Of a stretch of 20,000 bases of DNA, positions 1 to 7,199 are shown piece by piece. Both the position numbers and the translations under genes were made by a program. The stretch comes from an uncultured virus (IMG/VR IMGVR_UViG_3300025570_000010) (lineage: Duplodnaviria > Heunggongvirae > Uroviricota > Caudoviricetes > Schitoviridae). A model generated the notes under the pieces. The model made no database searches. It saw only the letters and a program-made list of their open reading frames with translations, and had not been told where the DNA came from. Numbering within the stretch: the first letter of the stretch is position 1; each line of letters begins with the position of its first letter. Where the stretch lies: the IMG/VR virus record IMGVR_UViG_3300025570_000010; one strand, given 5' to 3'.

Positions 1-1
1 G

Positions 2-325
2 AGCCACGATGATGCAATGAAATTGGTGAACGAAGAGTTCGTGAACTTCTCTGTTTTGCCGGGTCGTACTCGTCAGTATCTCGAAGGAGTTGGAGCAACT
101 TGGTTCCTCGCATTCAAGATCCGGATCATGAAGATTGCCATGAACCAGATCCGTGAGAACCCAGCTCGCTCTCTGATCTTGGGTGCAACGATTGCTGATT
201 ACGGTTCACCACAGGCTGACAACCTTGCATCGGTCATTGTTGATGAGCGGATCGGCTATCCCCTGGGATGGGACATGCTGTTCAACTCACCAGGATTGAA
301 CCCATGGGTGAATTTGACTGAATAA
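2..325 (+). CDS. 3' end of a large gene, probably the N4-like virion-encapsidated RNA polymerase (partial)
   Basis: The frame is open back to the window edge (SHDDAM...). The C-terminus ...LNPWVNLTE resembles vRNAP ends as I recall them. It converges on the SSB/primase block, as in the N4 genome layout. Confidence 0.75.
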   Translation, partial: SHDDAMKLVNEEFVNFSVLPGRTRQYLEGVGATWFLAFKIRIMKIAMNQIRENPARSLILGATIADYGSPQADNLASVIVDERIGYPLGWDMLFNSPGLNPWVNLTE

Positions 326-360
326 AAAAAGACCCCTCCGGAGCTGTCCGGAGGGGTCTT
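324..360. terminator. Intrinsic terminator between convergent units; strong for the minus strand, possibly bidirectional
   Basis: Perfect 14-bp stem AAGACCCCTCCGGA-gctg-TCCGGAGGGGTCTT (329-360). The A-run on the left is the U-tail for the minus strand. Confidence 0.9.
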
Positions 361-367
361 GATTGTG

Positions 368-550
368 TCAGTCTGGAGCGTCTTTCTCGAAGTCCTTGGT
401 GATGAACCATACTCCCCACAACCCCGTGAAAATCATGAGAAGAGGCATCAGTACAGCAAGGATTGCTCCGAGAATTATGCCCGCTACCATTATGGTGACT
501 GACAACAAACCAAAGAGAAGGGTTAGGCCGATGGCCTTCCACCTACTCAT
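368..550 (-). CDS. Small membrane protein (60 aa)
   Basis: Long hydrophobic stretch; ATGA overlap with the stop of the upstream ORF; last gene before the terminator. Confidence 0.8.
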   Translation of the reverse strand: MSRWKAIGLTLLFGLLSVTIMVAGIILGAILAVLMPLLMIFTGLWGVWFITKDFEKDAPD

Positions 551-1419
551 TGATCAAAGATAGACGACTTCTTCACCTTGGAGGCTGGAGCGTCTTCAAC
601 TTCTTCGGGGGAATCACTCTCGGAGGATTCTGGTTCCTCGTCCCCGAAAAGGTTTTTTGACGAGGACTTCCCGGTTTCGGTCTTGGTATCGGCTTTGTCA
701 ACCGGTGCTTCTTCTTCTGCTGGTTCAGCATCTCCTGCGCCATCGCCAGCATCGCTGTCTTTACCAGATACGTCCACATCTTCTGCTGGCTCCTTAGGTT
801 TGTTCTTGGAACCGGGTTGGCGACCACCACGACGTGTCTTCGGTTTCGCCTTGGCTTCGCCCATTAGAACTTCAGCCGAGATGTTGCCATCGTCATCGGA
901 AGTCAGATCGACACCAGTGACACCGGTCAGCCCAAGTGTTGCCACGAAGGTTTCGAGTGCTTTCTGGATTTCGTCTTCATCGAGAAGGATACGCATGGCG
1001 TTCCCCTTTCTTGGTTCAATTTCAGTTATCGTCACGAGGACGTGTTCTTCGGTGGTGTGTCCACCAAAACCAAAAGAGACATCGTCGAGGAACTTCCAAT
1101 TATCGTCTTCGATGATCCCAGCTTCTTGCAGGGTATCGGAGAAGAATTTGTCCACAATGGAACAGACGTTCGCTATGTCGTACTCTCTCTTGGTCTTGGT
1201 AAACACTTGATACCTAAGACGGATTCTCCCCAGTGGGGGAATCTTGGCATCACGCAACAGTCTTTTACCGTGGTCATGGAACCTGTGTTTCAAGGCTGTC
1301 AGACTCCGGTAATGGAGATTGCGATAGACGTTGAGGTTGAGAGCAGTCACCTTCTTGCTTGAGGTACGAAACCTCATTGGCAATTTCAGTTGGTACTCTC
1401 GTTGGGTCGGTAGAGTCAT
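547..1419 (-). CDS. RusA-like Holliday junction resolvase domain in frame with an acidic/low-complexity C-terminal protein
   Basis: R-x-x-D-I-A-N...K-F-F-S-D-T-L...G-I-I-E-D-D-N matches the RusA catalytic pattern. SD (AGGAG) upstream. Internal SD+ATG at 996. Confidence 0.8.
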   Translation of the reverse strand: MTLPTQREYQLKLPMRFRTSSKKVTALNLNVYRNLHYRSLTALKHRFHDHGKRLLRDAKIPPLGRIRLRYQVFTKTKREYDIANVCSIVDKFFSDTLQEAGIIEDDNWKFLDDVSFGFGGHTTEEHVLVTITEIEPRKGNAMRILLDEDEIQKALETFVATLGLTGVTGVDLTSDDDGNISAEVLMGEAKAKPKTRRGGRQPGSKNKPKEPAEDVDVSGKDSDAGDGAGDAEPAEEEAPVDKADTKTETGKSSSKNLFGDEEPESSESDSPEEVEDAPASKVKKSSIFDQ

Positions 1420-1444
1420 CGCAATCTCCTACGTTTGACGGTGA

Positions 1445-2263
1445 TTAGTCGTCAAACAGCGAGGTCTTGGCTTTCGCCTTTTCCCCACCACCGGATCCGC
1501 CTTTGAAGGACTTGCCTTCAGCGGAACCTTTGCCAGTGGACTTGTCGTAGGTCTGGCCTTTGTTGCGTTCCAGCCACTTCTCAGCGTAGTTCGACTGAGA
1601 CTCGTCCATCTTGTCGATGGCCTTCTGGAGATCACCAGCGTCCAGAACATCATCAAAGTTCCCACCAAGTCCACGGATGAACTCTGCAACGTCGCTGATC
1701 GTGACCAGCTTGTCTGCGGGGAAGAACTTGATGATCTCGTTCTGATCACGAGTTTCACCAGTCGGCTCGTACTTGCCGGTGTTCTGATCCAGAGCGGTCT
1801 TGTCCACCGTCTGACGCTGGAGAGCGATCTGAATCTTCTCACCGTGCAGCTCCGAGAAGCAGTCAACTGCCTGTGGCAGTTCTTTCTTCGCGTCGAAGTC
1901 GTACAGCTTCACTGTCAATTCTTCGACATCCATCGCGCCCATCTCTTTCGAGCAGACGAGCATACAGAGCGAATTGATCTGGTTGAAGCCAGGAAGGTTC
2001 TTGTCTTCACCGGTCTTCTTGTCCTTGTACGTCACGTCGCCGTTCCGGTTGGACACCCAGATTTGCTGGCGGACTTCACGTCCGTTGACATCCAGCAAAA
2101 GGTTGACACTGCGTGCTTCGGAAGCCGAGGCTTTGCCGATGTACGCAGTTTTGATGGTGGCGGTATAGATGTCAGTATCCAACGCGCCTCCGCCACCGAG
2201 GAAGTCGTCTTCGACTTTATCAGGTGCGGCTTTTTTTCCTGCGAAAATGTTGCTCATTAGCAT
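1445..2263 (-). CDS. N4 gp45-like single-stranded DNA-binding protein
   Basis: Position after the AAA ATPase; LPGF motif; Gly/Lys-rich tail ending SLFDD. The start may be 2263 or 2257. Confidence 0.85.
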   Translation of the reverse strand: MLMSNIFAGKKAAPDKVEDDFLGGGGALDTDIYTATIKTAYIGKASASEARSVNLLLDVNGREVRQQIWVSNRNGDVTYKDKKTGEDKNLPGFNQINSLCMLVCSKEMGAMDVEELTVKLYDFDAKKELPQAVDCFSELHGEKIQIALQRQTVDKTALDQNTGKYEPTGETRDQNEIIKFFPADKLVTISDVAEFIRGLGGNFDDVLDAGDLQKAIDKMDESQSNYAEKWLERNKGQTYDKSTGKGSAEGKSFKGGSGGGEKAKAKTSLFDD

Positions 2264-2308
2264 GTCTCTTTCATTTCAGGGTTTCAATTCTGGTTTGTTT
2301 TTCGGCGT

Positions 2309-3043
2309 TCATTCCGCGTAGTATTCAACCAGTCGGTCGATCACGAGCTGTGCGTCGTTCTCGATGAATGTCTCGTCATCAGAGAACAAACCGAAGGGAG
2401 AGCGTAGCCTGTCTCCCACTGTGGCTCGTGTAGTCCGGGTCTGGAACACATGCTTATAGCCCATGTCCTGGTCCCGTTCGGAGATCGTCAGCAGTTTGCC
2501 TGGTTGAGCATCCTTGTTGATCTCCTTGATCGTAGCCTTCTTGGCTCCAATCACAGTCGTGAAGTAAGCCTCAAGACCGTTCTTCTTCAACGCACCTTTG
2601 ACAGGCACGGTGTAAGAAAATTTGCCAGTGTTCTCATCGAGTTGAGCGTCGATGTGACCCAGCATGATTGTGTAGCCAGGAAACTTGGCCACATATTCAT
2701 ACATGAGAGTCTTGAAGAACTGACCGTATGCACCCCACTGCTGCATGGTATTGGCTGAACCAATGACATGAACAGACTCGAAGCGATCCATCATGAAGCT
2801 GATGGTATCGACAACGATGGTATGGAACCGTCCAGGGTTGTCGATGACTTGCTGGTAGAGATCAAAGATCTCTTCAGGGTCGTCAATCGTCACCCGCTTG
2901 AACTTGTTCTTGAAGGGTAGCGGTTTGCCACCCTCACAGTTGATGTAGAGAACACCCTCACCACCACGGAGGTTCCGGAGACAGGATGATTTACCTGCCC
3001 CAGACTCTCCTGCGATGAGGATCGACTTTGGATTTTCGGACAT
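2309..3043 (-). CDS. Sak4-like AAA ATPase (N4 gp44-like ssDNA annealing protein)
   Basis: Walker A GESGAGKS and Walker B IVVDT; lies between primase and SSB. Confidence 0.85.
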   Translation of the reverse strand: MSENPKSILIAGESGAGKSSCLRNLRGGEGVLYINCEGGKPLPFKNKFKRVTIDDPEEIFDLYQQVIDNPGRFHTIVVDTISFMMDRFESVHVIGSANTMQQWGAYGQFFKTLMYEYVAKFPGYTIMLGHIDAQLDENTGKFSYTVPVKGALKKNGLEAYFTTVIGAKKATIKEINKDAQPGKLLTISERDQDMGYKHVFQTRTTRATVGDRLRSPFGLFSDDETFIENDAQLVIDRLVEYYAE

Positions 3044-3058
3044 TGCTGTCTCCTTGGT

Positions 3059-5254
3059 TTAGGTCATCTTTGCAGCGACCGATTTCAGAATAGTCAACTC
3101 GACCTCGTCCTTTTTCAGGGGACTTGGCGACTGCTCATTGAGCGTGTTGACCTTGCCTTTGATCACATCGTAGCTGGCCCCTGCATCCTTCAGCATCATT
3201 GCAAAATTGAGCAGGTTGTTGTTTCTATTCCCAACTTCCATGTTGTTCAAGAACCAACGTTCGAGGTGATCCAAACGTCCCAGATCAGCTACCTGTGCGG
3301 TGTACTCACTGTTCTGTTTGGTTTTCGGAATGAACGGCAACACGTTGACGAGGTTCGGGCCTTTGTGAACAAAGACTTGCGAATTCTCATGTGTCATCCA
3401 TTTCTTGGACCGCTGGTTTGCGGACCCATCTGACTTGAATGGCAGCCAAAGAAGGAAGCTATCCACGAAGTCCCGATAGTCTGCTTTGTCCAGCTTCAGA
3501 TTATAGTTTGCTGGCATGATCAGACGGAACCGGTGCTCTTCGTCAGTGTGACGTTTGGTTGTTGCGGTCGTGAACGTGTAGTCCTTCATCAGCTCATGGA
3601 GAGCCTCAAGACGGATGCCGTAGCTCAGGATCTTTCCATCCTTATCACGCTCATGACCATCAATATCCACCACAAGACAATTGAAACCTTCGATGACATT
3701 GTCTTCCGACCGGTGCTCTTTGTCGAAGTGGTGGTTACACCAATGCATCCCCGGTGCAGCCAACAGCTTTGGAAGGCTGTCGAATGGTTTCTGCATTGGA
3801 GAATAGTCGGAAGCGAAGTGATCAGAGAAGCTGAAGCTGATCTTGTTCAGATCGGTCTCCTCTAGGGTTGAACCAGTGAAGAAATCAACTCCGCTGATCA
3901 CGTTCTTCTTGATGACAACGTGGTTGCCCACGCCCCATGCCATTGCGAGATCCATAATCTCCCGACGAGGTGTCGTGGAGGATGGATAATATGGCAGATC
4001 TTCAACCAGATCAGCATGGGTCAAGGTCACGCCTGACTCAGCGATATACTTCGCCAGACGAACGAAATTCCGTTCCCTCTTGAGAAGGGTCTGGAACGAT
4101 GCTCCACTTTCTTCAGCAACCTTGAATGCCTGCCGGAGGTTCTTCTTGGTGATGTCCGAGGACTCGTCCAAGAAGGCATAGATTCCAGCGAGCTTGAGGG
4201 CTTTGAAGTACCGGTGAGACAGTTCAGCCTTCCGGACAACCTCGTGCTCAGGCAGAGAGTTGGCTACCGTTTCACAGTAGAGACGATAGGAGATCAGTTC
4301 GACACCAACCTCCTTTGGCACGTCGATCTTCAGATTGAAGAAACGAGTGTCAGCGAACTTGGCCAGTTTTTGCTTCCAGTTTAGGAGAGCCTGTGACCGG
4401 TTCTTGGACACCAACCCGTTGTAAACATCTTCAGGGTTGATGGTGGGAGAGAAAGTTTCAGGCTTCCCCATCCCGAAGAAACACCTCCGAGCGTACCCAG
4501 TCTCAAGGAAGGAATAGAACTCCTCCTCAGTCTTGGATCCGTCGAAGAGTTTCGACGTGGTTCCGAACATGAGCATGTTGGCAGGGGTTGCCCCGACCAA
4601 ATCAATACCCCGCTCGTTGTCCGTGGTGTTCTTCACCAGTTTGGTTTTGATCCGGCCTAAGTCGTATAGCTCAAGGAGGATGTTGATCACCTCCGTGTTG
4701 CCTATGATATTGGAACCGATCTCATCCATTTGGAAATTGATTGAACCAGCACGAGCAAGGAGCAGCTTGTAACGTAGCTGCTTCACCGCTGGGCCAGTAC
4801 CGGAGTCAAAGATGAAAGGAGCATGCCCCTGACGCTTAAAATCAGCCTCCAGGAGCTTCTTCTCATCATCTTCGCTTCCGGACTTTGCAGCAGCAATGTC
4901 TACAGCCAGATCATAGATCGAGGCTTCGGCAATTGCAGGAAAGACATGACCCGTGAAGATCTGCCGAAAGTCAGAAATGACATCTTCCATCAAGGACACA
5001 GAGTGACCTTTACCAAAGCCTGACGTTGCCAGAGCAATGGAATAGATATTGATTGGGATGTTCCCACGTTCCGGGCTGACAATCGTCGCTCGCATGGAGC
5101 TTGGAATCAGACTCAGAAAGTAGGCAACTTCAGCCTGGAAGAAGTCACGGTTGACGTTTCCTGTGCGGTGGCACAACAGATCAACCAGCTCCGACATGGC
5201 CGGGTGATGAGATTCTTTCTCAATCACACTGAGGTCATAGAGTGGTTTTGACAC
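3059..5254 (-). CDS. N4 gp43-like DNA primase (P-loop N-terminal region, primase-like centre, PriCT-like C-terminus)
   Basis: ATSGFGKG P-loop and MDEIG; VVDID...TKRH...HRFRL; C-terminal GNRNNNL; SD AAGGAG upstream. Confidence 0.85.
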   Translation of the reverse strand: MSKPLYDLSVIEKESHHPAMSELVDLLCHRTGNVNRDFFQAEVAYFLSLIPSSMRATIVSPERGNIPINIYSIALATSGFGKGHSVSLMEDVISDFRQIFTGHVFPAIAEASIYDLAVDIAAAKSGSEDDEKKLLEADFKRQGHAPFIFDSGTGPAVKQLRYKLLLARAGSINFQMDEIGSNIIGNTEVINILLELYDLGRIKTKLVKNTTDNERGIDLVGATPANMLMFGTTSKLFDGSKTEEEFYSFLETGYARRCFFGMGKPETFSPTINPEDVYNGLVSKNRSQALLNWKQKLAKFADTRFFNLKIDVPKEVGVELISYRLYCETVANSLPEHEVVRKAELSHRYFKALKLAGIYAFLDESSDITKKNLRQAFKVAEESGASFQTLLKRERNFVRLAKYIAESGVTLTHADLVEDLPYYPSSTTPRREIMDLAMAWGVGNHVVIKKNVISGVDFFTGSTLEETDLNKISFSFSDHFASDYSPMQKPFDSLPKLLAAPGMHWCNHHFDKEHRSEDNVIEGFNCLVVDIDGHERDKDGKILSYGIRLEALHELMKDYTFTTATTKRHTDEEHRFRLIMPANYNLKLDKADYRDFVDSFLLWLPFKSDGSANQRSKKWMTHENSQVFVHKGPNLVNVLPFIPKTKQNSEYTAQVADLGRLDHLERWFLNNMEVGNRNNNLLNFAMMLKDAGASYDVIKGKVNTLNEQSPSPLKKDEVELTILKSVAAKMT

Positions 5255-5265
5255 GGGGTGTCTCC

Positions 5266-6264
5266 TTATGTTCGACTTCCATCGTCGTGGAAGTAGTTTT
5301 TGCGTTGTTCACAAACCGAAAAAGCAGGACAGTATGGACATGCCTTGACTTCACCAGGGACGGTGACGACTGCGCCTTTGCCTTTGTCCTTGAGCCAAAG
5401 CTGTGCATCAGCTTCATTGTCAAAGTTCTTCTGGCATTTACCACCGGCCTTGGCCGTTGATTCGTTGGCGTAGTATTTGTACTGAGGCTCGGACTGCCAC
5501 AGTTCTTTGTCAGTGCATTGCACCATCTTCTCTTGGCTCAGACCAGCATTCTGAATGATGTGGTCGATCTTGCCATTGACCCAATCCTCTGTCTCTTTCA
5601 GGGACAGCAGAGCGAACTCCTTGTGGGGTGTCCGGATCTGAGGGTATTTGGGATCAGCGGTGCGATACTTGACCCAGTCTGTGAAGATGAATTGAATCCG
5701 CATCACATCATCTCGGATCAGGTCCGGCATGATCCAGCGATACATGGAACCCTGGAGAATGTAGTCTTCGTCTTTGTTCCCAGAAGTCCAAGCAAATGTG
5801 CTGGTGGATTTGAAATCCCGATAGGCTTGGCCGATCAGAAAGTCGAGCTGACCGGTGATGACCAGATCCCGGAATTGCTTGTAGCCACGGATCTCCAGAT
5901 AGATAGGGATCTCGTCGTCTTTCAGCTTCTTGGGATCCGGATTGATCCGGATTTTGTCGATGACCTTCTGAGGGTAGTGCAGCTTACGCATGGCCAACTG
6001 CCAGTTACCTTCGGTCCAGGCACGCTCGATCGAGTCATGGAGACCATGACCCATACGGGAAGCGATGATGTCTGAGAGATCCATCTCTTCCATGGTTTGA
6101 TCAACCTTACGCTTGAGAATGAGCTGACGAGTCGGCTTCATCAAGGTGGTCACAGAGATCAATTCCCCTGGAGGAGCTTCAGCAGCTCCAGATTTGTAAC
6201 CGTCTTGCAGCAGCCAAACGGCCAAGGGCAAGTCGATCTTGTGATTATTGGTTATTTTAACCAT
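5266..6264 (-). CDS. PD-(D/E)XK (Cas4-like) exonuclease, N4 gp42-like
   Basis: H...E...GQLD...DFKST motif and C-terminal CPYC...C cluster. I moved the start to the ATG at 6264, which has a GGAG SD and overlaps the polymerase stop. Confidence 0.85.
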   Translation of the reverse strand: MVKITNNHKIDLPLAVWLLQDGYKSGAAEAPPGELISVTTLMKPTRQLILKRKVDQTMEEMDLSDIIASRMGHGLHDSIERAWTEGNWQLAMRKLHYPQKVIDKIRINPDPKKLKDDEIPIYLEIRGYKQFRDLVITGQLDFLIGQAYRDFKSTSTFAWTSGNKDEDYILQGSMYRWIMPDLIRDDVMRIQFIFTDWVKYRTADPKYPQIRTPHKEFALLSLKETEDWVNGKIDHIIQNAGLSQEKMVQCTDKELWQSEPQYKYYANESTAKAGGKCQKNFDNEADAQLWLKDKGKGAVVTVPGEVKACPYCPAFSVCEQRKNYFHDDGSRT

Positions 6265-7003
6265 TGAGTTTCTCCAGGTGTTTGCCGATTGCTTTTTGGA
6301 CATCGGCTATGGTTGCATTTGCAGGGATGGTCATCTCTTCCTTCCAGTTGGGATAGAAGATCGACAGCTCCCCAGACATCTTGATGTGCTCATTTTGGAT
6401 GGCAGGATCTTCTTGCCAACTCACGGCTTTCACCATGTGTTTGTTTGTGTAAAGCAAGACTTCCATGTCATCTCTGATGAGCATGTATCCAGCGTCATGG
6501 ATCTGAGCACACGGTTTGATGTCCAAACGATGTGGTCCTTTTCGGACAGTAGAAAGGAACTCAGAACCGGCACGAGAATTCAACATGCAGTATGATTGTC
6601 CAAGGGCATTACCTGCTGTACGGCCCTCAGCGGCTGCCTCATACGGTGTCTTGCTGGTTCCCAGCACAACCTGCTTCAGCAGGGGAGTCCGCAATCTGAG
6701 ACCAAAAGCAAGGGTGACGTAGCCATCCTTACAGGCTTGTTCCAATTTATCTGCAACCCACTTGTCAGAGACGTGGTACAGATTGTGATAGCTGGCTTCG
6801 ATTGACTTAGCCAACTGCGAGGTGAAGCCACAGTTTGCCATCAGAGTCACATACGTCCCCTGATAGGTGAGAGCAAAGGTGGGAGCCTTCGACTCTTGTC
6901 TCCAGTGGGGGTAGAGCTTCTTGATGGAGTTGACACGAGCGACGTTGTGTTCGCTCGCGTCTACTGTGGAGACAGACTCGACTACTCCATTCAGTTTAAG
7001 CAT
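6257..7003 (-). CDS. Family A DNA polymerase, C-terminal fragment (motifs B and C)
   Basis: RQESKAPTFALTYQG (motif B), GYVTLAFG, NALGQS, QIHDA (motif C). Confidence 0.92.
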   Translation of the reverse strand: MLKLNGVVESVSTVDASEHNVARVNSIKKLYPHWRQESKAPTFALTYQGTYVTLMANCGFTSQLAKSIEASYHNLYHVSDKWVADKLEQACKDGYVTLAFGLRLRTPLLKQVVLGTSKTPYEAAAEGRTAGNALGQSYCMLNSRAGSEFLSTVRKGPHRLDIKPCAQIHDAGYMLIRDDMEVLLYTNKHMVKAVSWQEDPAIQNEHIKMSGELSIFYPNWKEEMTIPANATIADVQKAIGKHLEKLNG

Positions 7004-7199
7004 CGCCTACTACAGCAGCTTTAACAGCCCACATGCTGAAGTCTTCCAGTTTGGTCAGTGCTACAGAACGACGACGACCGTTGGGAATATTGTCGATGAT
7101 ATATTGCTCCATATCAACGACAGCATTTTTAATACCATCAACAGTTTGGTTGTTGCTTGGATTAAATTTGGGATCGGTTACACTCATTGGTTCACTCAT
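6996..7199 (-). CDS. Acb2/Tad1-like helical hairpin protein (putative anti-defence nucleotide sponge)
   Basis: FNPS...VDGIK...GRRRSVALTKLEDFSMWAVKAA resembles the Acb2/Tad1 hairpin signature (R-x-x-S/A-x-A-x-T-K-L-E-x-x-x-M-W). It overlaps both polymerase fragments. Confidence 0.7.
   Translation of the reverse strand: MSEPMSVTDPKFNPSNNQTVDGIKNAVVDMEQYIIDNIPNGRRRSVALTKLEDFSMWAVKAAVVGDA

Noticed and set aside
578..1210. 210-aa Ser-rich + strand ORF
   Set aside because: Antisense mirror of the acidic low-complexity region of the RusA-like ORF.
5518..6075. 185-aa + strand ORF, and similar antisense ORFs over primase, polymerase and nrdJ
   Set aside because: They lie wholly opposite well-supported genes and have no independent evidence.
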